NCBI GenBank assembly: GCA_964252035.1
Contig: OZ176200.1
Length of the DNA: 64,000 nt
Source: Podarcis erhardii
Taxonomy: Eukaryota
Reading direction: 5' to 3' (one strand)
Each line of letters begins with the position of its first letter. Position 1 is the stretch's first letter. Position numbers and translations under genes: made by a program. Below are positions 25,161-38,447 of the stretch, one piece after another. The notes under the pieces are model-generated. The model saw nothing but the letters and a program-made list of their open reading frames with translations. It was not told the DNA's origin and made no database searches.

Positions 25161-26118
25161 AATACCCTTTTGCTTCAGACTCACTGTCAAATATGCAACA
25201 TGAAGTCACCAAGGGAAGCTCTTTGCAGGACCTCTCTAGATTCATAACTGGATAAAATAGCAACAATAGACTTTGAGGATTGTATTGGGGAATTCACTGT
25301 TCTCCATATTTTTTGGACTAGCATCATCAAATGCTTGACACATCAAAATAATACCCAAAAACTGTTCTGTAGACTTATACCATAGTCTGGGGCTATATAG
25401 GTAGCATTGTTCCCAATGCCAAGAAGAGCAGCAGTTTGCCAGTCAGGGCTCCCCAGAGCATCTTCTAAACTGTGCAGGAATTTGTAACTCAAACTTTATG
25501 TGGTGAGATCAATGAGGCAGCAAGAAAGTAGAAAGCCTGCGGCAAATGCAGTTACACCAGAAAATGTGAAGAAGGGACACCATATTTCCAACCTATCCAA
25601 GTCAATAAGAAAGTACGATGAACTTAGCTATATATCAGATTCCCTAACTGAATCCACAGTTCTGTCACTTTAAAAAAGCCAAACCCATAGATTTCAAAAG
25701 AACACATGCTTGAAAACTAATTTCAAAATGAGCCCATATATTTATCAATTTTTATCAACTCCCCCCCCCCCCCCGTTTCTGGTGCTTCCATCACTGTATG
25801 CACTTTAGTGCAAATAGTTATCACTTATTCATACTCTGTTAGTGGGCTGGTTGGTTATAGTAAGTCAAATACTATCTGACTGCATATTGTCCTACATTCG
25901 TTTTTATGGAGTGGAGTATATTGAGCATGGGGATGGCAGAATATAAATATTTTAAATAAATTAAATAAAAAAATAAAATGAGAGTCTATTTTACACACGG
26001 AGAGACAGACAGACACACTGGAATTTGTGAAAGCAAAATACTGTGGTTCTGGTCAAAGAATATGAAAAATAAGTTTGTGGGAACACTGCTGTAATCTAGT
26101 AGAATAGTGCTGAATCAT

Positions 26119-26221
26119 GTTGTTGTTTAGCCATTTAGTCGTGTCCGACTCTTCATGACCCCATAGACCAGAGCATGCCAGGCACTCCTGTCTTCCACTG
26201 CCTCCCACAGTTTGGTCAAAC
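26119..26221 (-). mobile_element. Short BovB 3' end
   Basis: (CAA)n tail on the minus strand; 10-bp TSD GCTGAATCAT (26109-26118 and 26222-26231). Confidence 0.85.
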
Positions 26222-29200
26222 GCTGAATCATAATCACTATTAAACTCAGAGGACATACGTGCATCAGTTTATACATTTTTCTGCCACTCATATTCTTATG
26301 TAACTAGCATGTCTTTTCCACTCCTGCCTTCAGTGAGGCTCAGAAGCTTATGGCATTTCTATATCAGGCACTTAAAACTGTGATATCCCCCCTCTCCACT
26401 TCCTAAAGAGCCTAGAAGGTTTTTGGGTTTTTTAGGGCAATGAAGTTTCATTATTTGTATTCCTAAATCCCTCCACAACATTTCATCATCAGTCAGTTTG
26501 TACAATTAAACAGATTTGAAACATTTAAAAATATTGCACAGCCATGCACTTAAGACTATGCAGGTACAAGAATTCAGGCTATATAAATCCTTCTGAACAT
26601 ATATAACAGATTATGAATAGAGTGGTTATTTTTAAAGTAGTGTATTTGTACTATAACCTAATAGCAATTACGTATGCCTTTTAGGTTCAGGATTCTACCT
26701 CAGGTGGTGCTTGACCAGTTTAACTGTGGGTTTTTGTTCATCTTTAAAGCAGCAGGGCTTCTGCAAACTAACATAGGCCTCTCCTACCCTGTCAGTTTTA
26801 GAATTCGCTTTAATTCTTTTATCCTTTAATGATGGGCACATCCTAAGCACATTATGCGGAACTGAGTTACTCACAAGGAGCCAGCAGTGATAATAAATCC
26901 CTTTTGGCAAGTGGATATTTTATCAGGACTCAAACCCACCCAGGCCTGGGACATGAGAGCCATCCTGCTATGGCCAGAGAAAGGAACTGTGGGGATTTCA
27001 TCCAGACCAATGTGGAAGACTTGTAAGAACAATAGATCAAAGCTGGTTAAAGTGTACTCCCTGATCCTTAACAGATTTTAAGTCAAGTTTGTTCACTGAT
27101 CTGAGCAATTTAGGGATTTTTATGCAGGTGCTGGTTTCCAATTGAATGTTGACCTTGTATCTTTTCTTTTGGCTCACTTCATCCCTGCCTTACCACCTGA
27201 TTGTAGCTAGGACAAAATGCTTCGATGAAGCATTTAGTTTGGTGATGTCTGCCCTCTGTGTTAATTCTCCCAACCTGTTGTCCTTTTCATGTCATAGGAT
27301 GAGAAATCTGGCGTGCCTCATTTATGTACTGTAATTTTGCCCAGTGTACCAAACCTTCCACCCCATCACCTTTTTAGTTATCTAAACTAAACACTGCGCA
27401 TATTTTCAATGAAGTCACAGTGGTACACACCTGACAACTGCACTTTATATGGGGGAAAATGCCCAGTTTATTGCACAACACACAGCACCAAGACTGAGCC
27501 ACAACATATATTATGTGCATATATTAAGTGAGAAACAGAAATTCTGTTTCTCAAGAATTTTTACACTTCTCCCTGGAAGTCTTGCTTTTAAAGTTACTGA
27601 ACTAGATTCAATTTTGATTTCAAGAGTGGAATTTTTGTGGTGCTGGGTAAGGGGACACAGAGAATACGTCACATTTATGATTTTCCTTTTTAAAAGAAAG
27701 ATCAACAGAGAAGGCTTATCAATAATATAGTTTACCACATCTCTGAGATGCCAGTTCACAGGCCTCGCACTGCTTTTTCTATGAGCATGTGCCCTTCTAG
27801 TCACTGCCAAATTACAAGTGAATTCTGCATTATATAATAATGGGCTAAATCCTGTGCCAAAAAAGCTGCATCTTAATTCATGTGAGTTTTCCCCACACCT
27901 TGTTAGTGGGTGCTTGTGACTCTGCTTTGTAAAGCTTTGTTTTATTTATTAATATGACGGTTCCCAGCAAAGGACAATTGTGAGGCTGCACTGCCATTCA
28001 CAGGATCTGGTTTTGACATGTTATTGCAAACATTTAAAAGACAACATGTGTTGTGGCTGAGATCTAAATGAAGTGTACAGTGATTTCTGCACACCATCAG
28101 AGAAAAGGCCCGGCGCTGTATATATAGGACTTTCAGCTATGTTTGCCATAGTTATTTGCAGGTCAAAACCCTATTCACCTAGCAGGGCATCTGTCTTATA
28201 AAATAATAATAACAACCAGCACATAATTAAACCTTCCTTTATCCCTACATTACAAGTGAGGCTTTCAAAAATAGTTTGTCCCACAGCATACTGGGGTTGT
28301 GTGAGGAGCTGCAATTCAAAGAAAATTGCATCTAAAGAAGCTCCTGCATTCTGGTCCCCAAATATTTCGTTACTTGTGGGCAGTGCTGGGGTGCTGGTGT
28401 GCTATGTTCAGGCCTGCTGGTGTTTTAAAAAGCATTCAACCATCTTGGAGTTGGCTAAAATTGCACTAGAATTTTTTTCAGGTAGCACAGAATACTTTCT
28501 TGGTGAGCAACACCTTGCCACATGAGGCAAAGGCAGTTTAAGGGGGCAAAACCCAGTGTGGAATTCTACATTCCTTTCAAAGCAGCAGTAGAAGTCGCAT
28601 TCCATATAAATTTATGATGTAGAATGAAGCATGGGTGTGAAGTGTGTGTGTAAGAATATTAAATCCTGTACAATAATTTTGGATTTGTGTATTTTCCAAA
28701 CCACTGTAGTTTGTAAAGTGTGCATAAAAAAATTAATTGTAACCTGTGTCATTTATGTTGGATGTTATTTTACAATTCATTGTATTTATTTATTGAATTT
28801 ATATACCATCCTATACCTGGAGGCCTCACAGCGGTTCACAGAACAGCATTCATGTCAACTTTTTTCCTCAGCCCGCCCCAGATTTGGAAAGCCTGTGTCA
28901 TTCCCAGTGATGTCACCTCCGATTACCTCAGCATTAACTCCATGCACCCTCCAACCTTAAAATACCGCTCCATTATCCTTCCTTTTCCCTAAATGTACCT
29001 CTGGGTGGAGCAGCAGTGGCCAAGTGGGTATTGCCTTTCTCCTTTGGACTTTCTATTCTCCCTCTAGTGCCTGAATGCTGCAACAACAGCATCACCAGAG
29101 TGTGCTGCTGACATTAGGAAACATAGTTCTCATCTAGACCAGTGCTCCCCCCCCCCCGAGGGTACTCAATGGTATGCAGTACCGGCATCCCAAGTGTGAC

Positions 29201-29564
29201 ACTTACTGTAACAACTTCATGGTGTGTATTGGCACCTTTAAAAAGCACTGAGCATGGCTGTGTCCGTTGCAGGGACCCCACTACGCAGATTTGGGGAAAT
29301 GAAGGGGTTCTTCCGTGCTTCAAATTACAATGCAATCCAGAAAAGAACTTTCAGGACCGTAACCCCTGCCTCAATTCAAGTGAAGCATCATGAGCTGTCA
29401 GGGGCATTTGTATTATGAGCCTCTAAGTTAAAGACTTTGTTAATTTCAGCTAGCGTTTTATAAGAGGCTCATAAGTGCAATTCTGACCGAAGAAGGATAG
29501 TTGTCATGTAGAAGTACACCTCAGTGTCATGTGCAGAGTTATTGTCTGAAATTATCCCGGTGTA

Positions 29565-29800
29565 CAGTCATACCTTGGGATCCTGAATGCCCTGGAACCT
29601 GGACATTTTGGCTCCTGAACACCGCAAACCCGGAAGTGATTGTTCCTGTTTGCAAACGTTCTTTTGGAACCCGAACGTCCAATGGGGCTTCCGTGGCTTC
29701 TGATTGGCTGCAGGAACTGCAGGAACTTTCTGGTTTTTGAACATCTTGAAGTTAAATGGACTTCCAGAACAGATTCTGTTCAACTTCCAAGGTACAACTG
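29565..29800. mobile_element. Tc1/mariner MITE
   Basis: TIRs cagtcataccttgg / ccaaggtacaactg with TA duplications. Confidence 0.75.
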
Positions 29801-30424
29801 TAAATACTGTGGGATATGACATCTCAGGGGGTATAGTAAAATGCGCTTCTCTCTGATATAGTAACACTTCTCCAACTGCAAATTTGGGCCAGCTCAGAGG
29901 TTAACTGAGTTTGTTTGTACTGTTTTGAATATATGAAAAAACAATAAAAAATATTATGAGGTGGGGAGTTGATTGTGAACCTTCTACATGTCATGGGTCT
30001 TCTTGGCCTCACACATGCACACACACACTCCCACCACCACATGCAATAGAATTTATATGCTCAACCTAAGTTCTGCCCACATGGTCTGTCTTCCTCATTT
30101 TGTTACAGAATGATCAAACATACAATTGCTTCATACGCACACTAAATTCTACTTAAATGCATGCCAGGTCATACATGATGCCTTCCGTCCAATGGCGAAG
30201 GTGAACATGTAAGCCAAGACACAGTTCTTTGCCATGTGTGCTGGGCTACAACATGGACCAATCCTAAAATAGCATAACCAAATCTTTAAATTATGCTACT
30301 TTTAATATTATACTAAGCCAGCTCTATATTTGATGTGGTGACACATAAGTGGGCCTGAGCAACAGATGCTTCCAAAGCAGTCAACCTCACTCTGTTGTGC
30401 CACTGGTTCGAATTTCTTATTCTT

Positions 30425-30887
30425 CAACATCAACTTTGTTGGACTGGTCATGTTGTGCAGATGCCTGATGATCGACTTCAAAAGCAACTACTCTATTCCA
30501 AACTTAAAAATGGAAAGTGTAATGCTGGTGGTCAACAAAAGAGGTTTAAAGACTGTCTCAAGGCAAATCTTTAAAAATGTAGTATAAACACTGACAACTG
30601 GGAAACACTGGCCTGCGAGTGCTCCAGTTGGCGAACAGCCTTTACCAAAGGTGTCATGGGCTTTAAAGACACTTGAACTCAGGACGAAAGGGAGAAACGT
30701 GCTAGGAGGAAAGCACGTTTGGCAAATCCACACCGTGATCAACTCCCACCTGGAAACCAATGTCCCCACTGTGGAAGGACGTGTGGGTCCAGAATTGGCC
30801 TCCACAGTCACTTACAGACTCACTGTTAAGAATGTGTTCATGGAAGACAATCTTACTCGGCTATGAGTGATCGCCAAAGAAGAAGAA
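30425..30887 (+). mobile_element. RTE-clade LINE 3' end (non-BovB), with stop codons
   Basis: Translates to WTGHVVQMPDDRLQKQLLYSKLKNGK...QQKRFKDCLKANL and a C2H2 finger CPHCGRTCGSRIGLHSHLQTH; (GAA)n tail. Confidence 0.85.
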
Positions 30888-31153
30888 CAACAACAGAGTT
30901 TTGTTGTTTTGATGTCATTGGCAGTGGGGAGCCAATTTTGTAAAGTCTTATAGTGCTTGGGTATCACCAGTAAATCACAGCCTGGAATGTCTATACCGCT
31001 TGCCACATGAAACATGATGAAACACAGCATGCTGCCATTCTTGTGAATATTTCACCAGTGCTGCTGGGCTGGCAACTTTTTGGGCTTCTGCTTTGTAGGC
31101 GGGGGAAGCGCACATTATATGATGAATGCACAGCTACACATAAAGTGTACACC

Positions 31154-31975
31154 TGTCAGAGCTGCCTCTAGGTCCCAGCTCACAGAGGACCAACGCCAGG
31201 CTGATGTTATGTACAAAAGTCTTTATTGAAGTTTAATTTCCATTTCAAAGCCAGAGCATGCAGCCCTACGTCTAGACTCTAGATCGGCGAAGTCCCGTCT
31301 GAGTCTCCGCCCCTTCCACACCAGTTTAAGATCCTAGCCCTGCTCCACCTCCTGCGCTGCTCTCTTCTCCTCTGGGTCCTCCTGCCCTCTGGGGCATTGC
31401 CCTTTCTGGACTCTTCCGACGCTGAGTCGCTTAGCTCCTCCCCCTGCCTCCGGCGTGCTTTAGGACCCGGTTCCCAATCCTCACTCTCTGCTGTCCCGTG
31501 CTCCTGTACATTTGAACTTGCTTCTCGCGCCAACCCAGTGACCTTTCTCCTAACCGTTACACTACTTCTATCACTCCTTCCCTCTTCCGTGACACTGGCC
31601 GGATCTGACCTCCCTTCCGTTGTCCGACTCTCCGAGGGAGGCGTGGTAGACTCTGCCTCGTCTCCTCTCCCTGGTGGGGAAAGCACTGGCCCCGATGCCT
31701 GGGACTCTTCCCCCCCACTCTGCTCTGGTGGGGAAGCTGGTCCTGATTTCCAACTACTGCTCTGGGAGTCCCTGCTGCCCCCTTGCTCCTGGGGCGTTCC
31801 CCTTGGGACCCCCCTGCCCCTGGCCACTGGCGCTCCCTTCTGTGAATCTTCCGATTCGCTGGAGAGGCTCATGGAATCCCTCGGACCACTGTCCCCTCCT
31901 ACGCTCCCTTCGGATTCCTCCCCCTCGCTCTCCATCTCCCATCTTCCCTGTGCCTCAGCTCCTGAGCCCCTGACA
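31154..31975 (-). mobile_element. Solo LTR, copy 2 (822 bp)
   Basis: TGTCAG...CTGACA with its own 5-bp TSD ACACC (31149-31153 and 31976-31980); about 7 substitutions versus 1777-2598. Confidence 0.9.
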
Positions 31976-33814
31976 ACACCCATTAGGATGCCACAACCAG
32001 TTATGTTTAGGACATGTGACAATGTAAAGACCTTTTCCTATATGGAAGTGAAAGCCAATTAGGACAATTATCATGTCTAGAACAACCTTCAGAATAACGG
32101 TGCTAAGTAAGAAAATTGACACAAAATGTACAGCCATCCTTCTGTCATAGAATTGCTCAGGATTAGCAAAGTCCTGTGAAGACAGGCAGGGCAATTGGTT
32201 GAAAATCCAGAGCTTTCTCCAGTGTTTTCAATTATTGAAGAATCACATCAAACAGTATGGAGAAAGGAGAGATTTCACTGCCGGGAGCCTGGACAATACC
32301 CAATGAATTTGATTATTATACATCAGCAAGGAATGGCTTGGTGACTTTAGACATGCATTCATTTTGCACGGTAAATTTACTGACAGAGAGTATATTGTAA
32401 GCAGTCTGAGAAAAGTTGCGGCTCCTTTCACAGAGTGAATCAGCATCTTGCTAGATATGTTAAAAGGTTTCATACAGTAGTTAAATTCTTCGTACTGCTA
32501 TAACAAGTGTGTCAAAGTCCCATGATAGTCATGCAAAAGTTCAAATGACTGGCAGGGACCCAAAAACCTACTTCAGATGTACACAGCAGCTTACATGCCC
32601 ACAATGGATTTTTTTTTGCACTTTTTAATTCAAATAGCAGGGTACATCAAACTCCCCAAAGTTTGAACAACATGTGGAACCGGAAGGGTTTACTTTGAGA
32701 AACATAAATTCCTCAACTCCAATGAGGAACTATTGGCATAGTTCTTTACATCAAGGATGATTGCTGCACACAAACAGTTTAAAATATTTTTTAAAAAAAT
32801 TCAAACTCTGGATGGATTTTATCAAATTCATCATACCTGCCTTTAAGTGAAACTTGGTAATTAAAAATAGGAACCCAGGAAGCAATATAGAATTGGTTTC
32901 CTGCACTTCCCAAGTAATTCAAAAGAGCAAATATTCACATTTTCTCCTTAAAAGAAGCTGATATTTCCTTGGATTTTGATCTTTCTCTTTCATCAACACA
33001 GTGGCATGATTCAGACATAATACCAAACTGGTTCAGTATTATCTGAAAATAGAATCATAACATGCAGGCTTCCTCCCCCAGGTTCCTCTTCTTCCTGTGT
33101 GTCACGATTTCTTAACTTACTTTTGTATTCTCAACAAACCCTAGAGCTCATCCAAACTTTCTTTTGTGTGAGTTTCTCAGGCATAGGTCCATGCTTTCCA
33201 GGTCCAGATCTGAGCGGTTGTTGATTGGAAGAAATGGCAATCAGGTTTCCCACAGGTTTATTTTTGTTCCAGTTCAGCAGTAAACAGCAGGTTCTCCCAG
33301 GGAAAGTGATGGGGGGGGGGAACCAAACCCTTGGATATGGACCTGCAAAGTGTAGACCTGTGCCTGCAAAGCTCAGCACGGATGGAAGTCTGAATAAGCC
33401 CACACCTTGGCATTTTGATCAAACCTGAGCTTTCTTCAAGCATTACAACATGAAGGGACACCCTGGGAGGTTAAGGTTCTTAATGGCATGAGCCACCTCT
33501 GCATGTAAAAAGAGACTCCCAGCTGTCAATGTTACAAGTGAAGATGGTGAAACTGGTATGAAGTGTAAAACAATGAGGACAGGACTAAAGGAACATCTCT
33601 ATCCTTAAACACCAGAACCTCTTATTACAAAGATATGCTTACCTATGAATTTGTTCTTTTTGTGCTGCCTTGGCTTGTTCCTAATGTTCAAAATTAAGTG
33701 TGCTGAAATATTTAACTGTATATGTGCCTTTTGACATGTTCCGCTTTCACAGCTGAATATGCGAATTTGTCATCCATCTTTGTTTGTCTTCACTGGGGTG
33801 CTTACATGCTGTCA

Positions 33815-34763
33815 CCAGCAGATGGAACCAGATAATTGAAAATGAAAGAGAGAGTGGAGGAAAAGCTGCTATTCTAGGCTGCATCAACAGAAGTATAATG
33901 TCCAGATCAAGGGAAATATTCTGCCTTGGTCAGACTACACCTGGAATATTATGTCCAGTTCTGGGCACCACAATTTAAGAAGGATATTGGTGCTGGGGGT
34001 TAAGCCACAGAGCCTAGGACTTGCCGATCAGAAGGTTGGAGGTTTGAATCCCCGCGACGGGGTGAGCTTCCGTTGCTCGGTCCCTGCTCCTGCCAACCTA
34101 GCAGTTCGAAAGCACGTCAGAGTGCAAGTAGATCAATAGGTACCACTCCGGCGGGAAGGTAAACGGCGTTTCCGTGCGCTGCTCTGGTTCACCAGAAGTG
34201 GCTTAGTCATGCTGGCCACATGACCTGGAAGCTCCCAGGCTCCCTCAGCCAATAAAGCAAGATGAGATCCGCAACCCCAGAGTTGGCCATGACTGAACCA
34301 AATGGTCAGGGGTCCCTTTACCTTTACTTTAATGTGTGCAGAAGAGGATGATCAAGGGTCTGGAAACCCAGCCTTTTGCGGAAGGGTTGTGGGAAATGGG
34401 TATCTTTTGCCTAGTAAAGAGGAGATTGAGAGGAGACATGATAGACATCTTCAAATATCTAAAGTGCTGTCACATGGAAGATATAGCAACTTTGTTTTCT
34501 CCTGCTCTGGAGACTAGAACCTGAACCAATGGATCAAGTTACAAGAAAGGCTATTCCAAGTAAACATGAGGAAGAATTTTCTGACCATAAGAGCTGTTCA
34601 GCCGTGGAACAGACTCCCATGAGAGGTGGTGTACCTTCCTTCGAGGTTTTTTAGCATTTTAATACCTCTGTCATATACAATCTAGTTGAGATTTCTACAT
34701 TACAGGTGGTGGGACTAGATGACCCTCAGGAACCCTTCCAATGCTACAATTCTATGATTCTAT
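33815..34763 (+). mobile_element. CR1 LINE 3' end interrupted by a Sauria SINE
   Basis: CR1 ORF2 end (ILGCINRSI; RRLRGDMIDIFKYLK) and ATTCTATG tail; SINE nested at about 33992-34328. Confidence 0.85.
33992..34328 (+). mobile_element. Sauria (Squam1) SINE, slightly 5'-truncated
   Basis: Colinear with 39699-40054; ends ccctttacctttac. Confidence 0.9.
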
Positions 34764-35109
34764 CTTCCCTCCTTTGTTCTAGATGTCGATCTTTATTCCC
34801 CATCAGCACACACCATATTTCCTGACGTAGATCTTAACCACCCCACCTCACCCTTCTTCCCTGGTTGGGGTAGGGATACTATTGCCAGTTTACCTTACTT
34901 GCCCAAATGTCTTGGGCCAACATGGGTGAATACGTAATAGTTTTATCATATGGTGACTGCTTGTTATCATATTGAAAAGCTCAGGTTGAAAAAATTTTTC
35001 TTCTAGGTCTTCAGTATTTTTAAGCAAAAAAGCCCCCCCCCCCCAAAAGCAGCTTTTTAAAAAGCAAAAAAAAAAAAAATGCAAAAATTACTACAGGCAT
35101 ACCTTGGTG

Positions 35110-35334
35110 ATATAGTGGTACCTAGGGTTAATAACTTAACTTGTTCCGGAGGTCCGTTCTTAACCTGAAACTGTTCTTAATCTGAAGCACCACTTTAGCT
35201 AACGTGGGGGCCTCCTGCTGCCACTGAGCCGCCACCGTGCGATTTCTGTTCTCATCCTGAAGCAAAGTTCTTAACCCAAGGTACTATTTCTGGGTTAGCG
35301 GAGTCTGTAACCTGAAGCGTCTGTAACCCGAGGT
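35110..35334. mobile_element. Tc1/mariner MITE, same family as 3553-3794
   Basis: Reverse-complement match to 3553-3794 (ttcaggttaagaac, ctccgctaacccagaaata). Confidence 0.75.
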
Positions 35335-37401
35335 TTGGTTCTCAAAAGCAATTCTAGGATTGCCATATTTCAAAAAGTGAAAGGGTTTTTTTTTAGTTTT
35401 GTCCAAAATTGTTCAGCTTCTTTTGCAAAATCATTTTTTTAAAAATGTTTTTGAGCTATTCTTAAGGAAATTCACCAAAATCTACACTTCCCGACATTTC
35501 CCCCTGGATATTTCAGCAAATTCCGCCCAGTTCTATCCCGAAGCAAGTCACACAATCTTTTTGGTTTCCCAGTGCGCATAGTATTCACATTTGCATTATA
35601 ATGCCGTCTATTAAGCCAGACCACACTGCCTACACAGACAGGAGGGGGGGGGGAACCCAGCTGCAGCCCTAGAGGGACTGGGCTGCCTTTATTAATCAGT
35701 AAATCAATTTTATTGTTTGTAGCCAATGGCCTGCCTGTAGTTGCACCCGTGTCCTCGTAAGGCACAGTATCTGCGAAGCATGATAAAATGAAGTGCATAA
35801 AATGAGGAATGCTTGCACTTTTAAAGAGCAATGCCTAGTACAAAGGTTGCAAGTTGCAACTCCCAGCCGTGTGAGAACTTTAACCTTTTTCATTCCATGT
35901 TTTTAATCATGCTAACTCTGGCTTTATGTTGCATTTGTGACATCTACCACGGTTTTTAATATTTCACTCTTGAAGAGTGGGCAATAAAACTTCTTTTTAA
36001 AAAGTACTTTCAAATCAGACTCCAGTTGCATTAAAATAATTATTATTTTGTTATAATTTGTTATAATTTTGTTACTTAGGGCACAAGCCTACTGTGCCTG
36101 GGAGAACATCTCAGGGGTTGTCAGAAAAAGACCGCTTTCCTGCTCCAGTCATGGAGAAAAAGAGACAGGCAACAACCAATTTAGGTGATGAAACATGATT
36201 CCGCATATGTGCACAGCACTGAATCTGGAAGAAACCCCAAAACCTCATAAAGACATGAAAATGGGCAGAACAGGGAGGAATGGAGACAGGCAGAAGGAGC
36301 TTATGCTTGCTCTGCTGATGCACATGGAGGTCCAGAACCGAATGGTGTTTATTTTCAGTGCCAATATTACAGATACAACACAAACGTCCCAGGAGGAGAA
36401 CAAATTCAAATGGAATCCAGGACTCTGACAGACTCAGGAAATGAAAAGGGCTGAGGGGGGAAAGCAGCTCTGCAGTGGAGTCTTGAGATGAGTCTTTCTG
36501 CAGGCAAATGGTGCCCCCCTTTCCATCTTTAAGCAACACACATTTCCTTTCTACTCACCTACCACAGCTGACAGCCAAGGATCAGACAAGAGGAGTTCCA
36601 AGATTTGGGGTGGGGGCACGCTGAAGAGCGACTTGCTGGAGGGAGCAGCCAGTCTCGTCCATCATGATGCTTTCTGAGAGGGAGGCACTGGCCAAAGAGG
36701 GCTTGGGAGGTCCAGAACGTAACTCCTGCGCAAAATGAGGATTGCCTGTAGTCTCTCATATTCCCATGCCTCCCCACTGCAAACATGGAACCCTCCACAA
36801 TCTTTGAATAGTGGTAATGGCAAAACGGGAAGTTTTCAGGGCCAGATCAGGAGTGGCCTGGGTCCACCAGATCCACAGCCCTCCCAAGCCTCTGGAAGGT
36901 GAGGGGAAAGTATCCAAGCTCTGGAAATGCTGTGTTTAGCAGGAGGAATCTTGGTCAACTTTAAGGAGACTTGAAGCTTTCAAACTCTAGCATCCAGTCT
37001 GGGACAGGGAGGATGGGGGAGGTACACAGAAGGAGAAGGCAGCTTCCAGGACTTTGGAAGCTATTTTTACTATGAGTTGTAGGAGTGGAATTCATGGCAG
37101 GCCTGGTCCACCTAGTTACTTTAAACAGTAAGTAAAAGGGTGAAACCTGATTGCCTAGTGGGTTTTTATCTTGATTTATTCCAAATTCATACGGAGGGGG
37201 CAGCATGCTTACCATAAATATGTGAATGTTTTTAATTATAACTGTTGTTTCTAGAGTACACTATAATAGAAACATAAGTTAGGAATTCCACTTCCCTTCA
37301 GCTGCCCTGCTGGGACTCTTCACCTTTCCCAGCAATCCTGTTATAATCCTCTTTCTTTTTTCTTTTCCTTTCTCCTCCTGCAATGAGGTTTCAATATTTT
37401 A

Positions 37402-37536
37402 ATGTTGTATTTTAATTTTGTTTTTAAGTTGTATTCATTCAATTTGTTTTTATTATTGCTTGTTAGCCGCCCTGAGCCCGGCCTTGGCTGGGGAGGGCGG
37501 GGTATAAATTAAAATTATTATCATTATTATTATTAT
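37402..37536 (+). mobile_element. L2 3' terminus with (ATT)n tail
   Basis: gttagccgccctgagcccggccttggctggggagggcggggtataaat; near-identical to 49884-49997 and the end of 42175-42907. Confidence 0.8.
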
Positions 37537-37544
37537 AAAAACTC

Positions 37545-38290
37545 AGGATGAGCCTGATGTATCAAGCCAGTGGCCTATCTAGTCCAGCATCCTGTTCTCA
37601 CAGTGGCCAATCAGATACGCCTGTGGGAAGCCTGCAAGCTGGACATGAGCACAACAGCACTCTGCCAACCTGCAATTCCCAGCAACTGAAATTGAGAAGC
37701 ATATTGCCTCTGACAGAAGATGAGGGAGGTAGCCATTGTGGCTAGTAGTAGCCATGGATAGCCTTGTCCTCTATGAATTAGTGCTTCATAATCTCTTTTT
37801 GTTTTAACAACCCTGAACAATTTGGTAAACTTGGCCACAGCACTGCACACCCCTAACTCCAGATGCTTTATGAACAAGTTAAAATGCACAGGTCCTAATA
37901 CTGAACCTTGGGAGACTCTGCTTTGTACATCCCCGCACTTCTAGAACTGTCCCTTTATTCAGACTCTCTGCTCCCTGCGACCTAGCCAATTCCTGATCCA
38001 CAAGAGGGCCTCTCCTCTTAGTCCATAACTGCTAAATTTACTCAGAAATCTTTGGTGAGGCACCCAGTTGAAAGCTTTTTGAAAGTCCAGATCCACTTTG
38101 ACAACTAGTGCTTGTTGACACTTGTTGACACTCTCAAATAATTCTAATAGGTTTATAAGAAAAGATTTGTCCTTGGACAAGCCATGCTGGTTCTGTTTCA
38201 GCAAGGCTTGTTCTTCTATATCCTTTGTTATTTTATCCTTAACAATACTTTCCACCAGTTTTCTAACTGGTCTGTCATTTCCAAGCATAT
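37545..38290 (-). mobile_element. CR1 LINE, internally deleted (RT fragment plus 3' end)
   Basis: ORF 37959-38288: LLKQNQHG...DLDFQKAFNWVPHQRFLSKFSSYGLRGEALLWIRNWL (CR1 RT motif 3). Confidence 0.85.
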
Positions 38291-38447
38291 AATTTCAAAC
38301 CTTCTGAGCCCCTTTTAGCTGAATATCTGGTTTTAGAGTTACTTGAAGAAGAGAACTGGGCTGTGCTTTCTGCTTTCAAAGCAGGCACTGGCATCAACCT
38401 CGTCAGCGAACTACATGAGACAAACACTTCACATTTTGCTGGCAAAA

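Noticed and set aside
25950-25980. AATAAA cluster as the ELF5 poly(A) signal
   Set aside because: Plausible, but the context (atataaatattttaaataaa) also resembles an L2 tail; it cannot be assigned without 3'-end data.
1777-31975. One giant 30-kb LTR element that captured ELF5
   Set aside because: Each LTR has its own matching 5-bp TSD and the outer flanks (CACAT and ACACC) do not match; no gag/pol or PBS/PPT lies between them.
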